Shown: positions 13,199 to 22,782 of the stretch, in pieces
Position numbering within the stretch: the first letter of the stretch is position 1
Layout of the letters: every line of letters begins with the position of its first letter
Origin: Candidatus Saccharimonadota bacterium
GTDB lineage: Bacteria; Patescibacteriota; Patescibacteriia; 2-12-FULL-60-25
Length of the DNA: 32,000 nucleotides
NCBI GenBank assembly: GCA_963718585.1
Contig: OY970357.1
Coordinates: forward strand, 1,020,001 to 1,052,000
Direction of reading: 5' to 3'
The notes under the pieces: model-generated
Database searches by the model: none
What the model was told of the DNA's origin: nothing
Seen by the model: the letters and a program-made list of their open reading frames with translations, nothing else
Program-made: the position numbers and the translations under genes

Positions 13199-13760
13199 TC
13201 TCGTTCAAGGTCTCAAGCCGGTGCATTTTGTCTCGTTGGATCCGATCAAAAAGTCCATCATCGGTGATGAAATAGATCCGCACACCATTCTCGTGCATCC
13301 CGCGCAATGCCGACGGGTAATGCGTGATGTGCGTCGGGGTGACAGCGACATCGCTGATCCATTCGTATTCTTTTCCGATCTTCGCGAACGTCTCTGACGG
13401 GAGCTCATAGAGATAGCCGCCGGTGTCTTTCGCGAGCGCTTCTTCCGGTGTGCCCCAGACGCAGACGAACGGGATGTCCTGTTCGTATCCAAAGCTCGAT
13501 AAGATGTCGGGGGAGAGCATGAATTGGCTCGCGAGCCCTTTGTGTGCCGTCGCGAAGACCGCGGGTCCTGGATGGATCCTGTCTTCGTCCGGCGGAAGGT
13601 GGACGGGCTGGAGTGCGCCATCGATCTTGGATGGCGAGCCATGATAGAGGGTCGCGGGTGTTTCCATGATCAGACGATAGCGCAGCGTGCGATGTTCGTC
13701 AGCGTCCACGATCTCCACTATTCCGACAGGGATCATTTCGACGGTGTATGATGGGGGCAT
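13179..13760 (-). CDS. hypothetical protein (possible ADP-ribosyltransferase-like fold, unverified)
   Basis: The ORF is consistent, but the start is uncertain (TTG 13769, ATG 13760, 13736 or 13667). Its 3' end overlaps the hydrolase gene by 20 nt. Confidence 0.55.
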   Translation of the reverse strand: MPPSYTVEMIPVGIVEIVDADEHRTLRYRLIMETPATLYHGSPSKIDGALQPVHLPPDEDRIHPGPAVFATAHKGLASQFMLSPDILSSFGYEQDIPFVCVWGTPEEALAKDTGGYLYELPSETFAKIGKEYEWISDVAVTPTHITHYPSALRGMHENGVRIYFITDDGLFDRIQRDKMHRLETLNEITPWEG

Positions 13761-13775
13761 GACCCGCAACCCGGT

Positions 13776-15002
13776 ATGAACGCCTCGCTGAAGACCGCGG
13801 GGTTCATCGCCATCTCATCCATCAGGAAGGGGAGCCACTCCACATCCGCGCTCCTCATCTTCATCATGTCGTTGAGTTTCCTGAATCTGATGTTCATCAG
13901 TGGGATCCTGGGTGGGCTCACGCACGGGATCGTGCAGACCATGGTGGATACATATACCGCACACATCACGATCGATCCGCAGGAGGTTCCGCGGCCCAAG
14001 ACCTACATCCCGGACCAGAGCGATCTTCGGGCGCAGGTCGCCAAGATCCAGGGGGTGACTGCGACGGCGCGACATTACACCCTGTCCGGGACGATCTCGT
14101 ACGACAAGAATAAGAACGGGAATTACAAGTATGTATCCTCGCCGGTCATCGGCATTGACCCGAACGATGAACAGAACGTGACGACCATCTCCAAGTATAT
14201 GGTCGCTGGATCGTATCTCGACGGGTTGAGGGATGACGAGATCGTGCTTGGTGCCGGGGTCGCTGGCGGATACGATCTACCGGAAGCGACGGATCTGGGT
14301 GGCGTCAATGTCGGCGACAAGGTGACGATCGCCTACAACAATGGCATCACGCGGACGTACACGGTCAAAGGGATCTATCTTGTCGTGATCGGGAGCGTCG
14401 CAAATCAAGCGTTCGTCTCCGCACGGGAGGCGGAGTCGATCTTGTCCGAGTACAACGGGGCGTCGCAGATCCTCGTGCGCGTTGATACGTCCAAAGCGCC
14501 CCTTGCGACGGTCGAGTCAGAGATCAAGCGCATCGCGCCTCAATTGAAGGTCCGGACGTATCAGGATCTGCTCGCACTCATCGAGCCGATCCTCAATGCG
14601 TTCGACCTCATATCGTATATCGTCACGGTCATCAGCATCGTGGTCGCTGCGATCACACTCTTCGTCCTCATCTACATCAATGCGCTGAATAAGCGGCGGC
14701 AGATCGGCGTCCTGAAGGCGATCGGCATCGAGCAGCGGGTCATCATCTTATCGTATGTGCTGCAGGCGATGTTCTATGTGGCGTGCGGCATCCTGTTGGG
14801 CTCCACGTTCGTCTTCCTCGGGGTCGCTCCTTACTTTCGATCCCACCCTCTTGATCTGCCGATCGGGAAGGTCTCCCTCGTGCTTACGACCACGCGGATA
14901 TGGATCGGGGTCGTCAGCCTGTTCATTGCCGGGATATTGGCCGGGCTGATCCCAGCACGGGTTGTCGCGCGTGAAGATATCTTGAAAGCCATATGGGGAT
15001 GA
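13776..15002 (+). CDS. ABC transporter permease, FtsX/MacB-like
   Basis: 408 aa with an N-terminal TM, a large extracytoplasmic domain and three C-terminal TMs (the FtsX-domain pattern KRRQIGVLKAIG). Confidence 0.85.
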   Translation: MNASLKTAGFIAISSIRKGSHSTSALLIFIMSLSFLNLMFISGILGGLTHGIVQTMVDTYTAHITIDPQEVPRPKTYIPDQSDLRAQVAKIQGVTATARHYTLSGTISYDKNKNGNYKYVSSPVIGIDPNDEQNVTTISKYMVAGSYLDGLRDDEIVLGAGVAGGYDLPEATDLGGVNVGDKVTIAYNNGITRTYTVKGIYLVVIGSVANQAFVSAREAESILSEYNGASQILVRVDTSKAPLATVESEIKRIAPQLKVRTYQDLLALIEPILNAFDLISYIVTVISIVVAAITLFVLIYINALNKRRQIGVLKAIGIEQRVIILSYVLQAMFYVACGILLGSTFVFLGVAPYFRSHPLDLPIGKVSLVLTTTRIWIGVVSLFIAGILAGLIPARVVAREDILKAIWG

Positions 15003-15694
15003 GCACCACACCGATCATCCGTGCTTCTGGCTTGGAAAAGATCTATCCGGGCGAGGTGCCGACGCATGCCTTGAACAGCGTGTCCTTCGATATCGAAGAG
15101 GGCGAGTTCATCGCGATCATGGGACGGAGCGGTTCCGGTAAATCGACGCTCCTACACCAGTTGAGCCTCATCGATACGCCCACGGCTGGGACCTTGATGC
15201 TCGATGGGACGGATGTCCTCGCGCTGACCGAACGGCAAAAGGCGCATTTCAGACTGTCGCGTTTGGGATATGTCTTTCAGGAATATGCCCTCCTCGTCGA
15301 GTTGAACGCATTGCAGAACGTCCTTCTGCCTGCCATGGCGCTCGGGAAAGACGGAGACGAACGGGAACGGGCGATCGATCTGTTGCGGCGCGTCGGTCTG
15401 GGGAATCGCCTCGATCACTTTCCGAATGAACTCTCCGGAGGCGAGCAGCAGCGGGTCGCGATCGCGCGCGCGCTGGTGAACAGCCCGAAGATCATTTTTG
15501 CGGATGAGCCGACAGCGAATCTCGACAGCATATCCGCCAAGACCGTTCTGGAGCTGTTCACCAAACTGAATGTCGAGCTGAAACAGACGATCGTGATGGT
15601 CACACACGAGCCGGACGATCGACAGTATGTGGATCGGGTCATCCGTCTATTGGACGGCAAGATCGAAACGATCGAAAAGGGTGGTCGCACATAA
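14993..15694 (+). CDS. ABC transporter ATP-binding protein (MacB/LolD-like)
   Basis: Walker A GRSGSGKST, signature LSGGEQQRVAIARAL, Walker B IIFADEPTANLD. An alternative start at 14999 would form an ATGA overlap with the permease stop. Confidence 0.95.
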   Translation: MGMSTTPIIRASGLEKIYPGEVPTHALNSVSFDIEEGEFIAIMGRSGSGKSTLLHQLSLIDTPTAGTLMLDGTDVLALTERQKAHFRLSRLGYVFQEYALLVELNALQNVLLPAMALGKDGDERERAIDLLRRVGLGNRLDHFPNELSGGEQQRVAIARALVNSPKIIFADEPTANLDSISAKTVLELFTKLNVELKQTIVMVTHEPDDRQYVDRVIRLLDGKIETIEKGGRT

Positions 15695-15738
15695 GAGCGC
15701 CTCGTCAGGAGGACCGATCTGCGCTACCCTCGCAATAT

Positions 15739-16236
15739 ATGAAGCGCAACGCATGGCCGAGCGATCAAACTGCGCTCTTCCTCATCCAGCTTGTGATGGC
15801 GTACGAGTGGACCCACGCAGGGATCGAGAAGATCGCGAGTGGGACCTTTGTGTCATCTCTGCCGCAGACGCTTGAAGCCTTTGCATCCAAAACGACCTTC
15901 CGTTGGTATGCGGCGTCGGTGCTCCAGAACGGGTATGTCCGATCCCCTGCCTTCGCACAGATGGTCCAGTGGGGTGAGATCCTGACAGGGATCGGCCTAG
16001 TTTGTGCGGTCATCTTCGCGCTCGTGACGCGCGGCCCACGTCGCCGCGCCTCTGCCTGGCTTGGTGGATTTTCCGCGCTCGTTGGTGCAGTGATGAATAT
16101 GAACTTCTACTTGGCGGCAAGTACGACAAGCGTCAGTACGGCCGGGGAGAACGCCGTGATGTTCTGGATCCAGGTGATCCTCATGGTCTGGTGGATCCGC
16201 GTGGCACGCGACGCACGCGTCTCACGGATCAGCTGA
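15739..16236 (+). CDS. DoxX-like integral membrane protein
   Basis: 165 aa with four hydrophobic segments. QLVMAYEWTHAGIEKI resembles the DoxX N-terminal motif. Weak call. Confidence 0.5.
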   Translation: MKRNAWPSDQTALFLIQLVMAYEWTHAGIEKIASGTFVSSLPQTLEAFASKTTFRWYAASVLQNGYVRSPAFAQMVQWGEILTGIGLVCAVIFALVTRGPRRRASAWLGGFSALVGAVMNMNFYLAASTTSVSTAGENAVMFWIQVILMVWWIRVARDARVSRIS

Positions 16237-16792
16237 AGCGCGTTTGGACGACCGTCCCGGCAAGGAGGAGGGCGATCCCCGCAAACCAGGCGGCGGCAAA
16301 TTGAAGAATGAGAGAAGATGCGCGTCGTTCCGTCTCGCGCAGCGATCGTCCGGCAAGTGCGAACCCGGCATTCGGTCCGTCTGTATGGACGAGGACGGCG
16401 GCGATGCGGACGTCGGGGCGTGGCTGCCAGGTCACGCGTTCTTCTCCGTGGCTGCGTGTGAAAGCGAACACGCCTGACGGTGGAACGGGTGCTTTACCAT
16501 CGAGCACGCCGGAGGAGGCGAGCGGCGTTCCGGCGTCGTCATAGAGGATGAGGAAGGGCGCAAGGCTTTTGCTGATGTCGACCACAGGGCCTTTTGGCAC
16601 AAGCAGGGAGGCGGGTTCACCACCACCCATAGCACGTGCCGCATCTTCCGCCATCTGGATCTGCGGATCGTTCGCTCCTTGGCGCAGGGCCTGCTGGACC
16701 GCGAGATATGAGGTCCCAAGGGCCACGCTCAAGGTAATGACACCGATCACGAACGGCGCGGAGATCGAGGGGAACGGCTTACGGCGATGCAT
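16229..16792 (-). CDS. hypothetical membrane-anchored protein
   Basis: Start set to the internal ATG at 16792 (MHRRKPFPSISAPFVIGVITLSVAL...) so that it does not overlap the divergent gene start. No family recognised. Confidence 0.5.
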   Translation of the reverse strand: MHRRKPFPSISAPFVIGVITLSVALGTSYLAVQQALRQGANDPQIQMAEDAARAMGGGEPASLLVPKGPVVDISKSLAPFLILYDDAGTPLASSGVLDGKAPVPPSGVFAFTRSHGEERVTWQPRPDVRIAAVLVHTDGPNAGFALAGRSLRETERRASSLILQFAAAWFAGIALLLAGTVVQTRFS

Positions 16793-16886
16793 GTCGTGAG
16801 CATATCGCGTGTGAGGGCTCGGCGCCACGCACACCTCATATGGCCGAGGAGATGGAAATTCGGATTTCATGTATCATTATCTCAAT

Positions 16887-17819
16887 ATGTCACCTTCACC
16901 CATTCTCCGTCCCTCCGTCCTGCTGTTCATGCTCTCGCTCGGCGCGGTCCTTGCGCCGACGCCACTGTTGGCCGCGCCCGTGATCAGCGGAGTCTCTCCG
17001 ACGACCGTGGCCGCTAATATTTCCGCAAACCTATCTGCGACCGTGAATGCCCCGGCCGGGATCCAGGCCTGTAAACTCTACGTCGACCTGAACGAGATCG
17101 GGCAGATGACGGTCTCGGGCAATACGGTGACGCTGCCGTATACCTTTACGAGTGGCGGGTCGCATATCGCCTTCGTCTTTTGTCGCGACAACAATGGGAA
17201 TGCGGCCGCAGGGCCGAACACGGCCATCTGGGCAAGTGGTGCGATCGGTCAAAGTGCACCGTTCTCCGGAGGCGCGGGACAGACACCGACCCCGACCGAC
17301 GTCAACGCAACAGAGACGTCAATGACCGACACGCCGACCTCAACGCCCGTACAGACCACAGGGGAGCTCATCAAACTCGCATGCCCGGAAACGGCGACGG
17401 TCAACGATCCCTGTCACGCGGTCTATTATCGGAGTACCGACGGATCGCGCCATGCGTTTTCGAATAGTAAGGTCTTTTTCACATGGTATGACAATTTTGA
17501 CAGTGTGATCACGGTCACGCCCGAGGTCATGGGGTCTTCACTGCTTGGGAAGAACGTGACCTATCGCCCTGGAGTGAAGTTGGTGAAATTCGCGTCCTTG
17601 GATCGCGTGTATGCCGTGGCACAGGGTGGGATCCTCCGCTGGGTCACGACCGAAGATGTCGCGCGCTCGCTCTATGGTGATGATTGGAACACGAAGGTCG
17701 ATGACATTCCTGATACATTCTACGGCGATTACACGTTCGGAGCGGATATCACGGAACAGAACGGGTATGACGTGGCCACGGAATTGACCACGGGGATGAA
17801 TATCGAATCCGATCTGTGA
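16887..17819 (+). CDS. secreted hypothetical protein
   Basis: Signal peptide MSPSPILRPSVLLFMLSLGAVLAPTPLLAAP, then a Thr/Pro-rich linker and a C-terminal domain of unknown family. Confidence 0.6.
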   Translation: MSPSPILRPSVLLFMLSLGAVLAPTPLLAAPVISGVSPTTVAANISANLSATVNAPAGIQACKLYVDLNEIGQMTVSGNTVTLPYTFTSGGSHIAFVFCRDNNGNAAAGPNTAIWASGAIGQSAPFSGGAGQTPTPTDVNATETSMTDTPTSTPVQTTGELIKLACPETATVNDPCHAVYYRSTDGSRHAFSNSKVFFTWYDNFDSVITVTPEVMGSSLLGKNVTYRPGVKLVKFASLDRVYAVAQGGILRWVTTEDVARSLYGDDWNTKVDDIPDTFYGDYTFGADITEQNGYDVATELTTGMNIESDL

Positions 17820-17835
17820 TCGGAATAGAACGGCT

Positions 17836-18366
17836 ATGACGGAAACAGCGATCTTCGGCGGCGGATGCTTCTGGTGTACGGAAGCGGTCTTCGAAAGCCT
17901 TCGGGGCGTGAAAAAGGTGCGGCCCGGATATGCGGGAGGCTCTCGCCCGAACCCTTCCTATGAGGATGTATGCACGGGTGAGACCGGGCATGCAGAGGTG
18001 ATCAAGATCGAATTCGATCCGTCCGTCATCTCGTATGATGACCTGTTGACCGTATTCTTCGCCGCGCATGATCCAACGACGTTGAACCGTCAGGGGAATG
18101 ACGTTGGGACGCAATATCGATCCATCATTCTGACCACGACAGAGGCGCAGCGGGATGCGGCAGAGGCTTTCATCGCGAAATTGAATGAGGACGGGCAGAA
18201 AGTCGTGACAGAGGTGAAGCCTCTGGAGACGTACTACGAAGCTGAGGCCTATCATCATCATTACTTCAAACAGCATCCGGAAAAGGCCTATTGCCAGTTG
18301 GTGATCAATCCGAAGTTGGAAAAAGTGCGGAAACGGTTCGCAGAGTTGATGCAAGATGGCGCATAG
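17836..18366 (+). CDS. msrA: peptide-methionine (S)-S-oxide reductase
   Basis: GGGCFWCTEAVF active-site motif, GHAEVIKIEFDP and YHHHYF. Confidence 0.95.
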   Translation: MTETAIFGGGCFWCTEAVFESLRGVKKVRPGYAGGSRPNPSYEDVCTGETGHAEVIKIEFDPSVISYDDLLTVFFAAHDPTTLNRQGNDVGTQYRSIILTTTEAQRDAAEAFIAKLNEDGQKVVTEVKPLETYYEAEAYHHHYFKQHPEKAYCQLVINPKLEKVRKRFAELMQDGA

Positions 18367-18380
18367 GATCGTTTCCGATC

Positions 18381-18408
18381 AAAAAAGACCCCACGCGGGG
18401 TCTTTTTT
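18381..18408. terminator. bidirectional rho-independent terminator between convergent genes
   Basis: AAAAAAGACCCC-acgc-GGGGTCTTTTTT. Confidence 0.75.
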
Positions 18409-18416
18409 AGATCTGA

Positions 18417-19265
18417 TCACGGCGTGGTCGGCGCGGCGTCGGTCATGACCTTCGGTGTATGTTGGACGAGTTCTGATCCGATCTCTGCATTCGGGAGATG
18501 GATGGTCTGTGGTCCGGCGGCATAGGGCGCGACTTGATAGGGGGTGAAGACCACGGTCACGCCGTCAGCTGTCGGATAGAGGAGTTGGTAGTTCGTCCAA
18601 TCGGCTTTTGCACCACTCTCGATCCACGAAGCACCGTCCGTACCGAGGTCGGTGAGTTTTGTTTTGAGTTGCGCGATGGCGTACGTGGACAGATGGGGAA
18701 GAGATGCGGATGGGTCAGTGAAAAGATCTTGCGGTTGGATCTCTTTATGCTGTTTCGTGTCGAAAAGCACGAGCAGATAGATCTCGTTCGGATGGGCGCC
18801 GCCAGTGTAGATACTTCCTGAGCCATAGACCACGATGAGGCCGGGAGCGTGGGAGACGACCCGCGCGTTCAGATCGAGCGTCCAGGGGAACCCGGCGCTC
18901 ATGGACATAAGCTGGGGCGTGATGCCTTTCGTGTCATTGAGGAAGTCGTTCAGGAGGGCGTGCGCCGAAGAAGCGACCGTGAGATTGAAAGCGTCCACGA
19001 TCTGCGCATCACCGTTCTGGAGTTCCGGATAGGTGACATTCGCCGTGTACCCATCGCCATTCGCGGTCAGCGTCTTGGTCGTTGTTTGTAGAACTTGCGG
19101 TGCGACGGGGGTCGAGCTCGCGGTCACCGTGGCCGGAGGTGGTGGCGGCGGAAGGGAGGGTGTGGCGATCGGTGCCCGAGGCGCGGGAACGGGTGGGAGG
19201 GTACCTGGAAGCGCACATCCGGCGCCGAATGTCGCGAGGACGAAGAGGAGAAGAAGGGGTTTCAT
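18417..19265 (-). CDS. lipoprotein with DUF3298/RsiV-like (PdaC-type) domain
   Basis: Signal peptide with Cys (LLLFVLATFGAGC), a Pro-rich linker, then YPEL...IVDAFN... and SIYTGGAHPN...FDTKQHKEIQPQDLF, characteristic of DUF4163/DUF3298 proteins. Confidence 0.7.
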   Translation of the reverse strand: MKPLLLLFVLATFGAGCALPGTLPPVPAPRAPIATPSLPPPPPPATVTASSTPVAPQVLQTTTKTLTANGDGYTANVTYPELQNGDAQIVDAFNLTVASSAHALLNDFLNDTKGITPQLMSMSAGFPWTLDLNARVVSHAPGLIVVYGSGSIYTGGAHPNEIYLLVLFDTKQHKEIQPQDLFTDPSASLPHLSTYAIAQLKTKLTDLGTDGASWIESGAKADWTNYQLLYPTADGVTVVFTPYQVAPYAAGPQTIHLPNAEIGSELVQHTPKVMTDAAPTTP

Positions 19266-19410
19266 ACGCGCACTTTAGCCAAGAAGAGTGCTGCCGACAA
19301 TGTCGCGTATGTCCACATCTTGAACAATGCGTCGGACCCTGCTACACTCAGGACCCTTCAAGAGCGTAGGTCGTTCCTTTTTCTCACCATACGAAGCGAA
19401 AAGAGGTTGC

Positions 19411-19788
19411 ATGCTGTCTCAACAGGCTGATGGGGGAGGTATGAGTCCGATGGGTTGGATATGTGAATGCGGTGCGGAGAACCCGCACGATATCGCGTAT
19501 TGTCAGGGATGCGGGAAGCTGTTGCGGCCACGGGGGATGGGGTCGTCCGACGGATCCCTGCCACAGCAGTCAGATCCGCGCTCCGGCGTGGCGGACTTGC
19601 TCAACCCAGAGGACGAGCCGACCCTGACGAGCCTGCGGGCCCCGGTCCTCGTGGAGGACGAGGAACCAGACGCGCTCCTTCTCCAGGATGTCGGTCGAAA
19701 GTCCTTGGCATATCTCCTCTTGTCGCTCATCGCCCTTTTGCTCGTGTGTATCGCGATCGCGCTCTGGCGCATCGCGCTACGTGCGTGA
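19411..19788 (+). CDS. zinc-ribbon protein with C-terminal TM anchor
   Basis: AAGAGG lies 6 nt before ATG 19411. The protein has CECG-x12-CQGC and a C-terminal hydrophobic helix. Confidence 0.55.
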   Translation: MLSQQADGGGMSPMGWICECGAENPHDIAYCQGCGKLLRPRGMGSSDGSLPQQSDPRSGVADLLNPEDEPTLTSLRAPVLVEDEEPDALLLQDVGRKSLAYLLLSLIALLLVCIAIALWRIALRA

Positions 19789-19795
19789 TCTTCGT

Positions 19796-19823
19796 GCCCC
19801 GACCGTTATGTCGGGGCTTTTTT
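19796..19823 (+). terminator. rho-independent terminator
   Basis: GCCCCGAC-cgttat-GTCGGGGC followed by TTTTTTG. Confidence 0.7.
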
Positions 19824-19866
19824 GTGCCATTGCCGGACCCGGAACTTCGGGATAGGCTTTCTCTAT

Positions 19867-20637
19867 ATGACCTACACCATTCTCTTTGTCGTCTTGGTCC
19901 TTCTCCTCTCATCCATCCGTCAGATCAATCAGTATGAGCGCGGCGTGAAGTTCACACTTGGCCGATTCACACGGATCGTGGATCCGGGGTGGCGACTCGT
20001 CTTTCCCGTCTTCCAGCTTCTGAAGCGGGTGGATGTCCGCGTCAAAGCCGTCGAGGTGCCATATCAGGACGCGATCACCAAGGACAACGTGTCATGCAAG
20101 ATCAACGCGGTCATCTATTATCGGATCGACGATGCAGGGAAGTCGGTCATCGAGGTCGAGAACGTTTGGAACGCCGTATCACAACTCGCACAGACGACCA
20201 TGCGGAATATCGCAGGGGAACTGACGCTGGACGAGCTCCTGTCAGAACGTGATCAGGCATCAGCCCGCATCAAAGAGCTCATCATGACGCATACGTCCAA
20301 CTGGGGCGTGGAGGTCCAAGGGGTCGAACTCAAGGATATCTCTCTGCCGGAAGAGATGAAGCGGACGATCGGAAAGCAGGCAGAGGCCGAACGCGAAAAA
20401 CGCGCCGTGATCATCAACTCCGAGGGAGAGGTCGCCGCAGCTGAGAATCTGCGTAAAGCGGCGGAGATCCTCTCCTCTTCTGCCGGGGCGCTCCATTTGC
20501 GGACCCTTAATACGATCAATGACGTCTCGAGCGATCAGTCGAACACGCTCATCTTCGTGACGCCGCTCGAAGTGCTTCGGGCCTTCGAGAAATTCACGAC
20601 GTCCGGGACGGGCCGACCGGATCAGCATGACGCTTGA
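19867..20637 (+). CDS. SPFH/band-7 (stomatin/prohibitin-like) membrane protein
   Basis: N-terminal TM, then IRQINQYERGVKFTLGRFTR...VDVRV...TKDNV... and an EAEREKRA coiled-coil region. Confidence 0.9.
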   Translation: MTYTILFVVLVLLLSSIRQINQYERGVKFTLGRFTRIVDPGWRLVFPVFQLLKRVDVRVKAVEVPYQDAITKDNVSCKINAVIYYRIDDAGKSVIEVENVWNAVSQLAQTTMRNIAGELTLDELLSERDQASARIKELIMTHTSNWGVEVQGVELKDISLPEEMKRTIGKQAEAEREKRAVIINSEGEVAAAENLRKAAEILSSSAGALHLRTLNTINDVSSDQSNTLIFVTPLEVLRAFEKFTTSGTGRPDQHDA

Positions 20638-21652
20638 ACGGTTCCGGGATCGCTTTGACCGACGGTTCACATCCGACGTGCGTCAGCGCGTCATCGCGGC
20701 GAAACGGATCACGTCACAAGAAGATGTCCGGGCCACGCTCGACCAGACGCTGCGCATCGTCGCTGCAGGAGGGAAACGTATCCGTCCCTATTTGGCCTCG
20801 CTCATGTATCGGGGCGTCGGCGGTCGTGCGAGCGCATCGATGTTCCATGATATTTCCGCACTGGAATTGTTCCATGCATTTGCGTTGATCCATGATGACG
20901 TGATGGATCGCGGGGTTCGGCGCCACGGGGAGGCGACGATCCACGCCGCGGCGGCCCGCCGGTTCCGTCGTGATCCGGACGCGTCGCACGATGGCGAGGC
21001 GATGGCGATCCTTGCGGGTGATCTCTTGCTCCAATGGGCGCAGGAGATCGCGACAGCGACCCCGGCGTACCCGGTTTTCGCGCGCATGTCGGAGGAGGTG
21101 ATCGTCGGACAGATGCTGGACGTCGCGCTCGCGGCGCGCGGGACGGCGACAAGCCGACTCGTTGAGACCAAAATGCGACTTAAGACCGCAGGATACACGT
21201 TCGTGCGACCGATGCAGTACGGAGCGATGCTCGCGGGGACGTCCGCGCGGGTTGAACGATGGTGCGAACGGTTCGGTCATGCGTTGGGCGTGGCATTCCA
21301 GATCCAAGATGATCTTTTTGATGTGATGGCATCGTCGTCCCGGACCGGGAAGACATCATTTTCGGATCTCGCGGAACATCAGCAGACCTTTATGACCCAG
21401 TGGATCATGGACCATGGATCCCGAAACGATCGACGCGTCCTTTTATCTCTGACGGGTCGTACACTTTCCATGATACAACAGAGGCGTGCACGGGATCTGT
21501 TCGGACGAAGCGGCGCAGTTGAGGCGGCGGAACGGCGCATCCGTCGTCTTGCGGCATCTGCCATCGCTTCCATCCCGGATGCGCCCGTCCGGCCAGAGAC
21601 CAAAAAGGAGCTCGCGCTCCTTGTTGAGACCGTCGTACGGCGGCGCGCCTGA
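20627..21652 (+). CDS. polyprenyl diphosphate synthase (trans-isoprenyl, GGPP/FPP synthase family)
   Basis: First DDxxD motif is LIHDDVMD. The second aspartate-rich motif is FQIQDDLFD. There is also GKRIRP. Confidence 0.9.
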   Translation: MTLERFRDRFDRRFTSDVRQRVIAAKRITSQEDVRATLDQTLRIVAAGGKRIRPYLASLMYRGVGGRASASMFHDISALELFHAFALIHDDVMDRGVRRHGEATIHAAAARRFRRDPDASHDGEAMAILAGDLLLQWAQEIATATPAYPVFARMSEEVIVGQMLDVALAARGTATSRLVETKMRLKTAGYTFVRPMQYGAMLAGTSARVERWCERFGHALGVAFQIQDDLFDVMASSSRTGKTSFSDLAEHQQTFMTQWIMDHGSRNDRRVLLSLTGRTLSMIQQRRARDLFGRSGAVEAAERRIRRLAASAIASIPDAPVRPETKKELALLVETVVRRRA

Positions 21653-21976
21653 CTAGGCGTGCGGAGCATCCGGGTCCTCCGCGATCGCATCACCGGTTTC
21701 GGGCGCGGACTCTCGCTGGTATTGTTCCCATTTACTGATAAGCATCTCGCGATGACCTTCAAGGTCCTGATCGTCGTTGAGTTCGCCGATATCAAAATGA
21801 CTGTCTAAGACCTCGCTGACCAGTTCCTTCCAGTCATCATGAGATGAGATGCCCTGTGCCCGGGCAAGCTCGCTGATCTCCGTATAGAGGTCTTTGAGAT
21901 TGAGGGTGTCGAGATGTGACATACGTTGGGAGTGGGTAATGCCGGCATCATACCGAGCCAGTAGCAGTTCCGCCAT
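21653..21976 (-). CDS. small acidic hypothetical protein
   Basis: The C-terminal 107 aa of the 207-aa ORF (MAELLLARYDAG...) look protein-like. The upstream part is Arg-rich and overlaps the divergent gene region. Confidence 0.45.
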   Translation of the reverse strand: MAELLLARYDAGITHSQRMSHLDTLNLKDLYTEISELARAQGISSHDDWKELVSEVLDSHFDIGELNDDQDLEGHREMLISKWEQYQRESAPETGDAIAEDPDAPHA

Positions 21977-22049
21977 CCCGTCCTCCCACCCTTGCAGCAT
22001 CCGTCGAAAAAGGCTAGGGTGGCTCAAGCCCCTTACGAAAGAGGGAAAC

Positions 22050-22736
22050 GTGACAAAAGAACAGCGCCTTCTCCTGCAGACCCTGCTGGTAGCTGGCGCG
22101 TTCACGGTCACCCGGTCGCGCCAGACACCTCGCTCCTCGAGCCATCCATCATATGGCCCGAAGGGCCCGAAGATCCTGCATCCGGATCGGATCATGACCG
22201 ATCCGTCGGTCCGACGAACGGTCGTCGGTCTCCTCGCTGGGCGGATCCGTTGTGCGGATCGAGACATCGGTGCCATCGCGGCGATCCATCATGGAGCGAC
22301 GTGGTTGGCACCTTTGGTCGCCGAAGCCTTGGCCGTGCCCCTTGTCCTAACGCACTGGTCGACCGGTGTCGGGACCGTGACCGGTCACGTCCCGGCCGGA
22401 ACGCCCATTTGGCTTGTGGATGCGGATCCGGATTCTGATGAGGACGGCCGCCTCGAACGCGCCGCGGACCTTCTTCGATCATCGCGTTCTCTTGGCGCCC
22501 ACGTCATCGGAACGGCACTCGTCGTGGAGAGCGACGGGTCTTCACGCGAGGAGATGGCAAAAGCCTATCCGCGCATGGCATTCGAGACGCTCCTCGACAT
22601 CCGTGCCGCGTTGCAGGAACTGGCGAACGGAGCATTCCCCAAACAGGTCGATCCGCTCGACGCCAGGCGCATGCTACGTGTTTTGGATGCAACGCCTTCC
22701 ACCAGTGCTCGGCAACCCCGCTCGCAGAAGATCTAA
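22050..22736 (+). CDS. phosphoribosyltransferase-like protein (degenerate PRPP motif)
   Basis: GTG start at 22050 after AGAGGGA. The overall layout resembles orotate-PRTase-type proteins, but the PRPP loop reads IWLVDADPDSDE, so the assignment is weak. Confidence 0.4.
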   Translation: MTKEQRLLLQTLLVAGAFTVTRSRQTPRSSSHPSYGPKGPKILHPDRIMTDPSVRRTVVGLLAGRIRCADRDIGAIAAIHHGATWLAPLVAEALAVPLVLTHWSTGVGTVTGHVPAGTPIWLVDADPDSDEDGRLERAADLLRSSRSLGAHVIGTALVVESDGSSREEMAKAYPRMAFETLLDIRAALQELANGAFPKQVDPLDARRMLRVLDATPSTSARQPRSQKI

Positions 22737-22781
22737 CCCCCCGTGATATCCGCGTTTTGCGGATCGAACGGGGGTTTTTTT
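22737..22781 (+). terminator. rho-independent terminator (long compound hairpin)
   Basis: CCCCCGT...ATCCGC-gtttt-GCGGAT...ACGGGGG followed by TTTTTTT. Confidence 0.6.
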
Positions 22782-22782
22782 A

